This document shows positions 9,981-19,498 of a stretch of DNA of 64,000 nt, in pieces. The number at the start of each line of letters is the position of its first letter. Within the stretch, counting starts at the first letter, position 1. The stretch covers positions 288,001-352,000 of the forward strand of contig CAXXXD010000003.1 of assembly GCA_963663385.2 (NCBI GenBank). The letters run 5' to 3'. This stretch comes from Oceanispirochaeta sp. (GTDB lineage: Bacteria > Spirochaetota > Spirochaetia > DSM-2461). A program made the position numbers and the translations under genes. Under the pieces are notes generated by a model. That model ran no database searches and was not told the origin of the DNA. It saw only the letters and a list, made by a program, of their open reading frames with translations.

Positions 9981-10140
9981 CCCCTCTCTGATCTCCCCTC
10001 AGGGGAGAAGTAATAAAAAACTTATTCCCCTCCTAAGGAGGGGGCAGGATGAGGCCTGTTTCCGGACCCCTTTCGATTTCCCCTCATGGGAGAAGTCATA
10101 CGAAACTTATTCCCCTCCTGAGGAGGGGGCAGGGGAGGTC
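9981..10140. repeat. Two tandem copies of a ~75-bp GC-rich palindromic REP-like unit
   Basis: 9981-10056 and 10067-10140 share CCCCT..GAT.TCCCCTCA.GGGAGAAGT...AAACTTATTCCCCTCCT.AGGAGGGGGCAGG..GAGG, each with two internal hairpins. Confidence 0.8.
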
Positions 10141-10223
10141 CGGGGCTTCTTATTTCTAACAATTAAACAAAATATGTCACATCACACATACAGTAGAGAT
10201 CTGTCCTGAGAGGAGTCTTCATT

Positions 10224-11726
10224 TTGTCAGATAAAATATTGGAATTACAGAACATAACCAAATACTTCCCCGGTATTAGAGCTCTCGATGGGATAAATCT
10301 GAATATCAGGGAGGGTGAAGTCCATGCCCTGATCGGAGAAAACGGAGCGGGGAAATCCACCCTGGTTAAAATCCTGACCGGAGTTTATATTCCGACTTCA
10401 GGAAAGATCCTGTACCGGGGTGAAGAACTGAAATTCAAGAATGCGATTGAGGCCCAGGAAGCCGGGATTACGGCAATCCATCAGGAGGCTTCCATGTTTC
10501 CCGAATTATCGGTGGTGGAAAATATATTTATGGGGCACCACCTGAAAAAAAACGGGGTCCTGGACTGGAAGGGAATGAGAGCCCGGACCAGGGAACTCCT
10601 TCATAAAATGGAAATTGATATCAACCCGGATACGCCGGTTAAAAATCTGGGAGTTGCCCAGAGGCATATGGTGGAGATTGCCAAAGCCCTCTCCATTGAT
10701 GCCAAGGTCGTTATCATGGACGAACCGACTTCCGCCCTTACCCTGCGGGAGGTTGAAGAGCTGTATAAAATAGTCCGGCAGCTGAAAAAGGAGAATAAAG
10801 CCATAATCTTTATCTCTCATAAATTTGAAGAGATTCAGGAAATCTGTGACTGTTTCACAGTTCTCCGGGATGGACAATATATCGGAGAAGGCCGTGTCGC
10901 CGAGACAGGAATCGATCAGATCGTCAATATGATGGTCGGCCGAAGCCTTGATAAGATGTTTCCCAAAGCAGAAGTGAATATCGGCGAAACCGTTCTTGAG
11001 GTAAAAGGACTCTCCAAAGCCGGTTCCTTCAGGGATATTTCCTTTGAACTGAAGAAGGGTGAGATTTTAGGTTTCTTCGGTCTGGTGGGAGCCGGACGGA
11101 GTGAGGTGATGCGGGCCATTTTCGGAATCGACAGCCTTGATGAAGGGACCATCCGGCTTAAGGGTAAGGATGTATCGATTAAGAGCGCCAAAGAGGCGAT
11201 GGCCAGAGGACTGGCCTATGTTCCCGAAGACAGACAGACCCAGGGGGTCATTCTTGAACAGAGTCTGACCAGCAATATCACTCTGCCCATCATTGATAAG
11301 ATCAGCCGTTTCGGGAAAGTCAGTACAAGAGAGGAAAAAGAAAGAACGGCCCGATTCGGCAGAATGATGGAAATCAAAGCCGCCGGCTGGCATGTCAATG
11401 CGGAAACACTCTCCGGAGGAAATCAGCAGAAGGTTGTACTGGCCAAATGGCTGGCAACGGAGCCGGAAATTCTTATTCTGGATGAACCCACCAAGGGTAT
11501 TGATGTGGGAACCAAGGCCGCTGTTCATGAGTTCATTTCTGAAATGGCTTCCAGGGGGCTTGCTGTTATTATGGTTTCATCGGAACTGCCTGAGATCCTG
11601 GGCATGAGCGACCGGGTGGTTGTCATGCATGAAGGAAGAAAAACCAGAGAGTTCAGCAGGGAGGAAGCAGATTCCGACAGGATTATCAGGGCTGCAACCG
11701 GACATATCGTGGAGGCAAATAAATAA
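10224..11726 (+). CDS. Sugar (rhamnose) ABC transporter ATP-binding protein, RbsA/RhaT-like
   Basis: GENGAGKST, MDEPT, second domain LSGGNQQKVVLAKWL, LDEPTKGIDVG. TTG start with AGGAG RBS. Confidence 0.93.
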   Translation: MSDKILELQNITKYFPGIRALDGINLNIREGEVHALIGENGAGKSTLVKILTGVYIPTSGKILYRGEELKFKNAIEAQEAGITAIHQEASMFPELSVVENIFMGHHLKKNGVLDWKGMRARTRELLHKMEIDINPDTPVKNLGVAQRHMVEIAKALSIDAKVVIMDEPTSALTLREVEELYKIVRQLKKENKAIIFISHKFEEIQEICDCFTVLRDGQYIGEGRVAETGIDQIVNMMVGRSLDKMFPKAEVNIGETVLEVKGLSKAGSFRDISFELKKGEILGFFGLVGAGRSEVMRAIFGIDSLDEGTIRLKGKDVSIKSAKEAMARGLAYVPEDRQTQGVILEQSLTSNITLPIIDKISRFGKVSTREEKERTARFGRMMEIKAAGWHVNAETLSGGNQQKVVLAKWLATEPEILILDEPTKGIDVGTKAAVHEFISEMASRGLAVIMVSSELPEILGMSDRVVVMHEGRKTREFSREEADSDRIIRAATGHIVEANK

Positions 11727-12710
11727 ATGAATACTCTAAAAGAAATTCTGAAAAGAAGAGAGATAACCCTCGTATTGCTGGTACTCATTCTGACTCTTGC
11801 CGTCAATATGAGAGCCCCGGGGTTTGTATCAGGAGAGAATATCGGACGGATTATCAACGATTCATCCATATTGATCATGGTAGCCATAGGTCAGTTTTTT
11901 GTTATTCTTACAGGAGGGATAGATCTTTCTGTGGGATCCATTATTGCTTTTTCCGGAATGGCGGCTTCCATGCTCAATCAGTATCATCCGGCAATCCCGG
12001 TTTTATATGTACTATTAATAGGTATTGCTATCGGGCTGGTTCTGGGAGCGATTAACGGTCTCCTTGTCGCTCTCGGAAAGGTTCCTCCCATTATTGCCAC
12101 ACTTGGTAACATGAGTATCTACAGAGGGTTTACCTTCGTTCTCAGCAAGGGGCAATGGGTAACGGCCCATGAAATGACAGAGCACTATATGAACCTTCCC
12201 AAAGGAACATTCCTGGGCATAACCAACCTGATCTGGATGGCGGTTCTGGTTTCTGCTGTAATGATCTATTTCAGCCGGTATACCAGAAGCGGACGTGAAG
12301 TGTACGCCATCGGAGGAAATAAAACGGCTGCCCACTTTGTGGGGGTCAGCGAAACCAAGGTCAATCTGATGATTTTTACCATCAGCGGCGCCCTCTGCGG
12401 AATTGCCGGCGTTATGTGGACCGCCCGTTATGCCGCCGCAGTGAATGAAACGGCCATAGGATTTGAACTGATGACTGTAGCCGCCTGTGTTCTGGGGGGA
12501 GTCAATATTGCCGGCGGTTCCGGTGCAATCCCCGGGGTTATTATAGGCGCCCTCTTTCTGGGAATCATTAATAACGCCCTTCCGGTTGTAAACTTCTCGC
12601 CCTTTCTTCAGATGTTTATACAGGGACTGATTGTTCTGGGAGCCATGTTTATCAATACCATGATGGACAATCGCAAAGAGAAGCAGTTGCTGAAGGGGAG
12701 ATCACAATGA
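11727..12710 (+). CDS. Sugar (rhamnose) ABC transporter permease, RbsC family
   Basis: GGIDLSVGS, YAIGGNKTAA, GFEL..VAACVLGG. Multiple TM segments. Confidence 0.92.
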   Translation: MNTLKEILKRREITLVLLVLILTLAVNMRAPGFVSGENIGRIINDSSILIMVAIGQFFVILTGGIDLSVGSIIAFSGMAASMLNQYHPAIPVLYVLLIGIAIGLVLGAINGLLVALGKVPPIIATLGNMSIYRGFTFVLSKGQWVTAHEMTEHYMNLPKGTFLGITNLIWMAVLVSAVMIYFSRYTRSGREVYAIGGNKTAAHFVGVSETKVNLMIFTISGALCGIAGVMWTARYAAAVNETAIGFELMTVAACVLGGVNIAGGSGAIPGVIIGALFLGIINNALPVVNFSPFLQMFIQGLIVLGAMFINTMMDNRKEKQLLKGRSQ

Positions 12711-13750
12711 CAGAAACAAGTAAAACCCTGGCGAACGAGTCCAGGCTCATAGACGAAAATAAAGGGTTCAGGGATAAAATAATTACCCTTGTCACAAGAT
12801 GGGAGGGGATGCTGGCACTGATTTTTATCGGAATGGTTCTTATCTTCTCCAATGTTTCTCCCTATTTCCTGGATTATTTTAATCTGATGAACGCTACCTT
12901 TACGTTTATGGAGAAAGCTGTACTGGCTCTGCCTATGATCTTTATCATTCTCTGCGGCGATATTGATATTTCCGTTGCAGCCATTATTGCGTTATCTTCT
13001 TTTGCCATGGGCTTTGCGTCATCCCTGGGAATGGGAACTACCGAGATAATTATGATCGGTGTGCTTGTAGGAGCTCTGGCTGGGGCTTTTAACGCTTTGT
13101 TTATTATCCGATTCAGGATTCCCGCCATTGCGGTTACACTGGCATCCCTGTCCCTTTTCAGGGGGATTTCCCAGGCCGTACTGGAAGATCAGGCTTACAC
13201 GGAATACCCCGAAGGACTGAGTTATTTTGGCCAGGGATATATCAAAGGGACAATTATTCCCTTTGAACTTATCTTCTTTCTGGTTCTTGCCATGGGATTT
13301 GCCTATGTACTCCATTTTACAACATACGGCAGAAAGCTGTATGCCATAGGGAACAGCTCGACTGCCGCCAGATTCTCAGGTGTCGAAGTTGACCGGATCC
13401 GTTTTACCAATTTTGTTCTGAATGGAATCTTTGCGGGTGTGGTGGCGGTCCTTCTCACATCCCGGATCGGGAGTACCAGGCCGAATATCGCAACAGGCTG
13501 GGAACTGGAAGCGATAACCCTGGTTGTTCTGGGGGGAGTGTCCATTACCGGCGGAAAGGGGAATATTGTGGGTGTTCTGCTGTCGGTTTTTCTTATCGGA
13601 TACCTCAAATTCGGTATGGGGCTGATTAATATGTCTGCCAAAGTCATGGTTATTACAACCGGATTTCTGCTTATTCTGGCCGTACTTCTTCCTGTGATCG
13701 TGGATAATGTGAAAAAGTATTATAAACTCAGGGTACAGAAGAGGGGATGA
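12707..13750 (+). CDS. Second sugar (rhamnose) ABC transporter permease
   Basis: GDIDISVA, YAIGNS..AARFSG, SRIGSTRPNIATGWELEAIT.VVLGG. Confidence 0.92.
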   Translation: MTETSKTLANESRLIDENKGFRDKIITLVTRWEGMLALIFIGMVLIFSNVSPYFLDYFNLMNATFTFMEKAVLALPMIFIILCGDIDISVAAIIALSSFAMGFASSLGMGTTEIIMIGVLVGALAGAFNALFIIRFRIPAIAVTLASLSLFRGISQAVLEDQAYTEYPEGLSYFGQGYIKGTIIPFELIFFLVLAMGFAYVLHFTTYGRKLYAIGNSSTAARFSGVEVDRIRFTNFVLNGIFAGVVAVLLTSRIGSTRPNIATGWELEAITLVVLGGVSITGGKGNIVGVLLSVFLIGYLKFGMGLINMSAKVMVITTGFLLILAVLLPVIVDNVKKYYKLRVQKRG

Positions 13751-13751
13751 C

Positions 13752-14066
13752 ATGGATAAAGTAGCCTTCAGGATGCAGCTGAAAAAAGGATTTGAAGAGG
13801 AATACAGAAAAAGGCATGATGAGATCTGGCCGGAGCTCGTGGTCCTGTTGAAGGGGCAGGGGATTTCCGACTATTCCATATTCCTGGATGAGGAGACCGG
13901 AGTCCTTTTCGGAGTACAGACGGTCAGGGGGGATTCCGGATCTCAGGATATGGGGCAGAACCCTGTGGTTCAGAAGTGGTGGGAGTATATGGCGGATATC
14001 ATGGAAGTGAATGAGGATAACTCGCCTGTGACCATCCCCCTCAGGGAAGTGTTCTTCCTGAAATAA
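13752..14066 (+). CDS. rhaM: L-rhamnose mutarotase
   Basis: AFRMQLKKG.EEEYRKRHDEIWPEL...YSIFLD...KWWEYMADIME.NEDNSP. Confidence 0.95.
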   Translation: MDKVAFRMQLKKGFEEEYRKRHDEIWPELVVLLKGQGISDYSIFLDEETGVLFGVQTVRGDSGSQDMGQNPVVQKWWEYMADIMEVNEDNSPVTIPLREVFFLK

Positions 14067-14096
14067 ATCCCTTTTTTTTAAAATTGTGTAATACCC

Positions 14097-14125
14097 GGCC
14101 GGATTTGCGGAATCCGGCCTTTTTT
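14097..14125 (+). terminator. Intrinsic terminator of the rhamnose transport operon
   Basis: GGCCGGATT-TGCGG-AATCCGGCC followed by TTTTTT. Confidence 0.8.
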
Positions 14126-15041
14126 AAATTTCACTTTCCCCCGTTCGGTCTTTGAATCTGTTTCTGTAGGCTGAAGGGGTGCAGCCGAACGCTTCCCGGA
14201 AAAAGCGGTTGAAACGGGATATGTCGGAGAAACCGCATTCATGGCTGATGGTGAGAATCTTGTCGTTTCCGGATCTCAGTTTCTGAACAGCCGCTGCCAG
14301 GCGCTTCTGTTTCAGATAATTTCCGGTACTCATTCCGGTGTGTTCTTTAAATCTTCGGCAGAGATTGGCGGAATTCAGACCGCTGATACGGCATAATTCC
14401 TCCAGGCGGACAGTTCCGGCATAGTTTTTTTCCAGGAAAGTACAGACTTTTTCGATTCTTGAGCTGTAGACTGAGGAGAACAGGTCTTTCCTGGCCGGAG
14501 CCGCCCGGCACAGCTCAATAAGAAGAAGCTGCAGCAGGGACTGTATGGCTGCTTCCTGACCGGGTTCTCTTTTATTCTGTTCTTCAAAAAGCATCAATAA
14601 CAGGTTCTCCATCTTTTTTCTGTCCGGCACAGTCAGGTGTCTGATACTGTTGAGCCGGTTTCCCAGCTGCGGGTGGAGAGGAATCAGGTCGTACAGACGC
14701 CCGGCAAGGGGTTCCGGAAGCCCGGGGAGGGGATAGAGCGCCGGTTTCAGATAGATATTCATAAGTTCAACCGGACCATCAGGTGTCCTGAGAGAGTGGT
14801 ATTGCCTATCGTTGATGATTGTCAGACTCCCCGCGGTTTCATCATAACTGTTGTCTGCCGTAACATGCCTGAAGCTTCCCCGGAATACAAAGAGTATCTC
14901 TATAAAGTCATGGCCGTGAAAGTCATGTTTTTCCTGTTCAAAGGCTGGGAAGTACTCCAGGGCCAGACCTGTTTTTTCCAGACGGTCTTCAATCGCTCTT
15001 ATATTGGGTTTCTTTATTCCCTGTAAAGATCTGCCAGACAT
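14124..15041 (-). CDS. AraC-family regulator (RhaR/RhaS-like cupin + HTH)
   Basis: FHGHDFIEI cupin and C-terminal GFSDISRFNRFFR..FGCTPSAYR. ATG 15041 chosen because the longer start overlaps the divergent gene. Confidence 0.88.
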   Translation of the reverse strand: MSGRSLQGIKKPNIRAIEDRLEKTGLALEYFPAFEQEKHDFHGHDFIEILFVFRGSFRHVTADNSYDETAGSLTIINDRQYHSLRTPDGPVELMNIYLKPALYPLPGLPEPLAGRLYDLIPLHPQLGNRLNSIRHLTVPDRKKMENLLLMLFEEQNKREPGQEAAIQSLLQLLLIELCRAAPARKDLFSSVYSSRIEKVCTFLEKNYAGTVRLEELCRISGLNSANLCRRFKEHTGMSTGNYLKQKRLAAAVQKLRSGNDKILTISHECGFSDISRFNRFFREAFGCTPSAYRNRFKDRTGESEI

Positions 15042-15108
15042 AATGTAAATATAGACCAAGATTTGAGAGAAATAAAGGTTTATCTTATACAAATCAAGGA
15101 GGCATTGC

Positions 15109-16164
15109 ATGAATGCAAGGGAAAGAGTCTTAGCTGTTTTAAACAGGGAAACACCGGATCGAACTCCTGTAGATATATGGCTGGTTCCCGAACTGGTTGA
15201 ACAGTTAAAAAAAGAACTGAATGTGGAAGATGAACTGGATATCTACCGTAAACTGGATGTGGATAAGATCGTCTGGCTCGGAATACCCTATAAAGGGGTT
15301 ATTCTTAAGGATCCCAATGAGCATCAGGAGACCAACCACTGGGGTGTCAAGTTTGAAGCGGTTCAGGCCAATCAGGGAGTGGAATACGGTGAGGTCTGCT
15401 TCAATCCTCTCAAGGAGATGAATGCGCCGGAAGAGCTGGATGCCTATCCCTGGCCCGATCCCGACGATTTTGATTATGTTACTGCTGCGGCGGAGGCAAA
15501 AGTTCTGGCGAAGGAGTTTGTTACTCTGGGACCCTGGGTCTCCCTCTTTGAGGTTTACTGCCAGATGCGCAGCCTGGAAGAAGCTCTGATGGATACGGTG
15601 ATGAATCCGGAATTCCTCCACAGGGCGCTGGATTATATTGCGGAATCCCAGGGGGAGATGGTGCGCCGCTTTCTGGAAGCTGCCGACGGGGCCATAGACC
15701 TGGTTTTTCTCAGCGATGATATGGGTTCTCAGAACAGCCTTCTGATGTCGCCTGATTCTTTTGATGAATTCCTCTTTCCCCGGATAAAAAAGTGGTGCGA
15801 TATGATTCACTCCTACGGAGCGAAAGTCCTGTTCCATACGGACGGAGCCTGCGAACCTGTTATTCCCCGTCTGATCGAAGCGGGTGTGGATGTGTTGAAT
15901 CCGATTCAGCATGTCTGTGACGGGATGGATTGTCAGTCGATCAAGGCGAAATATGGAGACCAGCTGATTTTTCACGGGGGAGTGGAGAACCAGAAGGTCC
16001 TGCCCTTTGGAACAGCTGCCGATGTGGCTGCCGAAACAAAAATGTGTCTGGATGAACTGGGGCCTGCGGGATATCTGCCCTGTTCCTGCCATTTCGCTCA
16101 GGCGGGAACTCCTGTTGAGAATATTATGGCTTTGATTGAGACGGTTCAGAATTACAGAGTGTAA
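15109..16164 (+). CDS. Uroporphyrinogen decarboxylase-fold protein (MtaA/CmuA-like methyltransferase subfamily)
   Basis: MNARERV...E.PDRTP, SDDMGSQ..LLMSP, FHTDG, GVDVLNPIQ, FHGGV..Q.VLPFGT, PCSCH, TPVENI.A. Strong RBS AAGGAGG. Confidence 0.85.
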   Translation: MNARERVLAVLNRETPDRTPVDIWLVPELVEQLKKELNVEDELDIYRKLDVDKIVWLGIPYKGVILKDPNEHQETNHWGVKFEAVQANQGVEYGEVCFNPLKEMNAPEELDAYPWPDPDDFDYVTAAAEAKVLAKEFVTLGPWVSLFEVYCQMRSLEEALMDTVMNPEFLHRALDYIAESQGEMVRRFLEAADGAIDLVFLSDDMGSQNSLLMSPDSFDEFLFPRIKKWCDMIHSYGAKVLFHTDGACEPVIPRLIEAGVDVLNPIQHVCDGMDCQSIKAKYGDQLIFHGGVENQKVLPFGTAADVAAETKMCLDELGPAGYLPCSCHFAQAGTPVENIMALIETVQNYRV

Positions 16165-17027
16165 TTTCTCCTTCTGTACTCCCGGGGAGTCTCCCCCATA
16201 ACCCGTTTAAACTGCCGGGAAAAGTAGTTGCTGTCTGTAAATCCCAGATCGTAGGCAATGGTTGTGATGGGGGCCTCAGAAACTTCCAGCCGGGAGCAGG
16301 CCCTGTCTATCCGCTTCCTCAGGTGGTAATCCAGAGGGGATGTGCCTGTTATCTTCTTGAAGGCCCGGAGCAGGCTGCTTTCGGACATAGGGGCAATTTC
16401 CAGCAGTTCGGCGATGCTGATACTTCTGTCCAGGTTATTTTCCATAAAACTGATGGCTTCTCCCAGGTTGTAGAGATTGGATTTTCCGGACCTGGAATTC
16501 TCGGAACATACCCGGGACAGATAGGTAATCATCTGCATAAAGTAGGCGGCTGTCTGGTAACTGTAACCCTCTTTCTGCAGGGACTGTTCCCTCTCCATCT
16601 TCAGTATAATCTGCTTGATCTCTTCTATCTGTCTTTCATTAAGCTTCAGACGGCTGGAGAATCTGGCATCCTCCCGCATAAGGGGTTCAATGGTAAAAAG
16701 AGTATGAAACCCCGGTGACTGATGAATATCGTAATCGGGGAGATGGAGTTTTTTCAGATCGAAGAGAATATTGATCAGTACAAGATTGTCCAGGTCCTGA
16801 TACCCGTGGGCCCTGTCTCCGTTAATGACGAAAAGGTCTCCCCGTCCCACCTGAAACGTATGCTTTCTTGTAAAGTGTGTTCCATGACCATTTAATACTA
16901 AAACAAGCTCGGAGAAATCATGGGTATGGATAGGATAGGGGGGCTGCGGATTTCTGTGGAGGATCTTTATCCTGATTTCATTGGGTTTAAAGAAGTCTTT
17001 TCCCATTAAATGATGTTTTTCATACAT
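16152..17027 (-). CDS. AraC-family rhamnose regulator, RhaR/RhaS-like
   Basis: PQPPYPIHTHDFSELVLV..GHG.H and GFTDSNYFSRQFK. Divergent from rhaA. Confidence 0.9.
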   Translation of the reverse strand: MYEKHHLMGKDFFKPNEIRIKILHRNPQPPYPIHTHDFSELVLVLNGHGTHFTRKHTFQVGRGDLFVINGDRAHGYQDLDNLVLINILFDLKKLHLPDYDIHQSPGFHTLFTIEPLMREDARFSSRLKLNERQIEEIKQIILKMEREQSLQKEGYSYQTAAYFMQMITYLSRVCSENSRSGKSNLYNLGEAISFMENNLDRSISIAELLEIAPMSESSLLRAFKKITGTSPLDYHLRKRIDRACSRLEVSEAPITTIAYDLGFTDSNYFSRQFKRVMGETPREYRRRNYTL

Positions 17028-17113
17028 GACTGTATTGTGCTATTAATTGAAGGAAATCTCAAGGTTGAATCCCTGTTCTACGGGTAATCTATTAATCAAT
17101 AGGAGATTAAACC

Positions 17114-18367
17114 ATGAGTAATATGTATGAATATGCCAAAGAACAGTATGCGGAAATCGGCGTTGATGTTGATAAAGCCATAGATAAACTGAAAAAGATT
17201 TCTCTATCAGTACACTGCTGGCAGGGGGATGATGTAGGCGGATTTGAATCCCCCGATGCCACCCTTTCGGGCGGTGGTATTCAGGTTACAGGAAACTACC
17301 CGGGAAAAGCCCGTAATCTGGGTGAGCTGAAAAAAGATCTGGGGAAGATGTACAGCCTTATTCCCGGTCAGCACAGACTGAATCTGCATACCATCTACGG
17401 GGATTTTCAGGGAGAAAAAGTAGAGAGAAACAAGATAGATGTGAAGCATTTTCATTCCTGGGCGGACTGGGGAAAGGAAAACGGGATTAAACTGGACTTT
17501 AACGGCAGTTTCTTTTCCCACCCTCTTGCGGAAGACGGTTTTACCCTGAGCAGCAAAGATAAAAACATAAGGGATTACTGGATTGAGCATGCCAAACAGG
17601 CCAGAAAAATTACCGCTTATCTGGGAAACGAGCAGGGTTCTCCCTCTGTTCATAACCTGTGGGTTCCCGATGGAGCCAAAGACAATGTGGTGTGTCGAAT
17701 GGATCACCGGACCATACTGAAGGATGCACTGGATGAGATCTATTCCGTTGAATACAGCGATAAAGAGATTAAGGATGCGGTTGAGTGCAAACTCTTCGGT
17801 ATTGGAAGTGAATCTTATGTTGTAGGATCCCACGAGTTCTATATGGGGTATGCTCTTACAAGAAACAAACTCCTCTGTATGGATATGGGACATTTTCATC
17901 CCACAGAATCCGTAGCTGACAAAATTTCTTCTGTTTACCAGTTCCTGGACGAAGTTCTTCTTCACGTATCACGGCCTGTACGCTGGGATTCTGATCATGT
18001 GGTTACCCTGAACGACGAAGTATACGCCCTTATGCAGGAACTGGTACGATCCGGAAAAATTGACAGCACCTATATCGGGCTGGACTTTTTTGACGCTACC
18101 CTGAACCGTCTGGGTGCCTGGGTTGTCGGCGCCAGAGCCTCTCTGAAGGCTCTCCTTTTTGCTCTCCTCGAACCCTATTCACAGCTTAAAACCTATGAAG
18201 AAGCTAATAATAACTTTGGCCGTCTGGCTCTTCTGGAAGAAGTAAAAACAAAACCCTTCGGAGTTATCTGGGATCAGTACTGTCTGGAATCCGGAACGCT
18301 GACAGATCGGGAAATGCTTCAGGAAGTTCTCTCCTACGAAGAATCAGAAATGTCAGGGAGAAACTAG
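17114..18367 (+). CDS. rhaA: L-rhamnose isomerase
   Basis: SVHCWQGDDVGGFE, GGIQVTGNYPGKARN, AVECKLFGIGSESYVVGSHEFY, GHFHPTE, HVSRPVRWDSDHV, IGLDFFDA. Confidence 0.97.
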   Translation: MSNMYEYAKEQYAEIGVDVDKAIDKLKKISLSVHCWQGDDVGGFESPDATLSGGGIQVTGNYPGKARNLGELKKDLGKMYSLIPGQHRLNLHTIYGDFQGEKVERNKIDVKHFHSWADWGKENGIKLDFNGSFFSHPLAEDGFTLSSKDKNIRDYWIEHAKQARKITAYLGNEQGSPSVHNLWVPDGAKDNVVCRMDHRTILKDALDEIYSVEYSDKEIKDAVECKLFGIGSESYVVGSHEFYMGYALTRNKLLCMDMGHFHPTESVADKISSVYQFLDEVLLHVSRPVRWDSDHVVTLNDEVYALMQELVRSGKIDSTYIGLDFFDATLNRLGAWVVGARASLKALLFALLEPYSQLKTYEEANNNFGRLALLEEVKTKPFGVIWDQYCLESGTLTDREMLQEVLSYEESEMSGRN

Positions 18368-19474
18368 ATGAGTCTGGAAAAACTGATAAGCCTGTCCAAT
18401 GTATATGGGGCAGATCCGGAATATGTTATTGCCGGCGGGGGTAATACCTCCTGGAAGAATGATGTGTATATGTTTGTAAAAGGTTCCGGGACAGAGCTGG
18501 CTTCCATTAAAGAAGAGGGTTTTGTAAAGGTTGACCTGGCCAAACTGGACCAGATCTGGTCTAAATCCTATTCCAGTGATTCCGACCGGAGAGAGGAGGA
18601 GGTTCTGGCCGATCTGATGGCTTCCCGTTACCCTTCGGAAGGTTCCAAAAGACCCAGTGTAGAAACTCTTCTGCACGCTCTTCTGCCGTTCAACTATGTG
18701 GTTCATACCCATCCGGCCCTGGTAAACGGTATTACCTGCAGCAGAAAAGGAGCGGAAGCTGTAAAGAATCTATTTGGAGATTCAGCCATATGGGTTCCCA
18801 TTACAAATCCCGGTTATATCCTGGCCAAAGAGGTTAAGGATGAAATTGAAAAGCATAGGACCGCGGGGCATGATTTCCCCCAGATGATTTTTCTGCAGAA
18901 CCATGGGGTTTTTGTATCGGGAAATACAGAGCAGGAGATTGATTCCATCTATACAGATATGTTTCAGGCCATTAAAAAAGAGATTAAAACCTTTCCCGTT
19001 ACAGAAGAAATTCCTGTGGCAGAAAGGACTGCCGAAACTGTCTCTCTATCTGTTCAAGCCGTTCTTGATGGTGATCTGATGGTTAAGTCTTTTGCCAACA
19101 GGGATATCCTGTCCCTGTCTGAATCCCGGGAGGCTTTTGCACCTCTGGAACTGGCCATGACCCCGGACCATATTGTGTATTACGGATTTAAACCGGCTTA
19201 TGCAGAGGGGCTTGAAACTTTGGAAGATGCACTCTCCGCCTTTGTCGAAGAGAATGGAATGAATCCCCGTCTGCTTGTTGTCAAAGGGGTGGGGGCTTTT
19301 GCCATTAACAGCAGTGAATCCCTTACGGAGAAGGCACGGATGCTCTTTCTGGATGATGTGAAGGTAGCTGTTTACGCAGAGAGTTTCGGCGGGTATCAGT
19401 TTATGCCGCAGGATCAGATCGACTTTATACGAAACTGGGAAGTGGAGAAATACCGCGTTTCCCTGTCAAAATAA
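18368..19474 (+). CDS. Class II aldolase/adducin-family protein, probable rhamnulose-1-phosphate aldolase (RhaE-like domain, stand-alone)
   Basis: GGGNTSWK, VKGSG..L, RPSVETLLH...VVHTHP, LQNHG, TPDH, WEVEKYR. Confidence 0.85.
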   Translation: MSLEKLISLSNVYGADPEYVIAGGGNTSWKNDVYMFVKGSGTELASIKEEGFVKVDLAKLDQIWSKSYSSDSDRREEEVLADLMASRYPSEGSKRPSVETLLHALLPFNYVVHTHPALVNGITCSRKGAEAVKNLFGDSAIWVPITNPGYILAKEVKDEIEKHRTAGHDFPQMIFLQNHGVFVSGNTEQEIDSIYTDMFQAIKKEIKTFPVTEEIPVAERTAETVSLSVQAVLDGDLMVKSFANRDILSLSESREAFAPLELAMTPDHIVYYGFKPAYAEGLETLEDALSAFVEENGMNPRLLVVKGVGAFAINSSESLTEKARMLFLDDVKVAVYAESFGGYQFMPQDQIDFIRNWEVEKYRVSLSK

Positions 19475-19498
19475 GAGAAACAGGATAAGAGAGTCATT

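Noticed and set aside
9981..10140. Tandem repeat as CRISPR or as coding ORF 9934-10209
   Set aside because: Units are ~75 bp with no unique spacers, and the ORF is a translation of the palindromic repeat.
15205..16092. 295-aa minus-strand ORF (likewise 17207-17965, 19466-20299, 42233-42970, 53475-54191)
   Set aside because: Each lies wholly or almost wholly opposite a well-supported gene and shows no motifs; typical codon-bias shadows.
15109..16164. Annotation as hemE (haem biosynthesis)
   Set aside because: Lacks the HemE RQAGR motif and no tetrapyrrole genes are nearby; fits the methyltransferase-like subfamily better.
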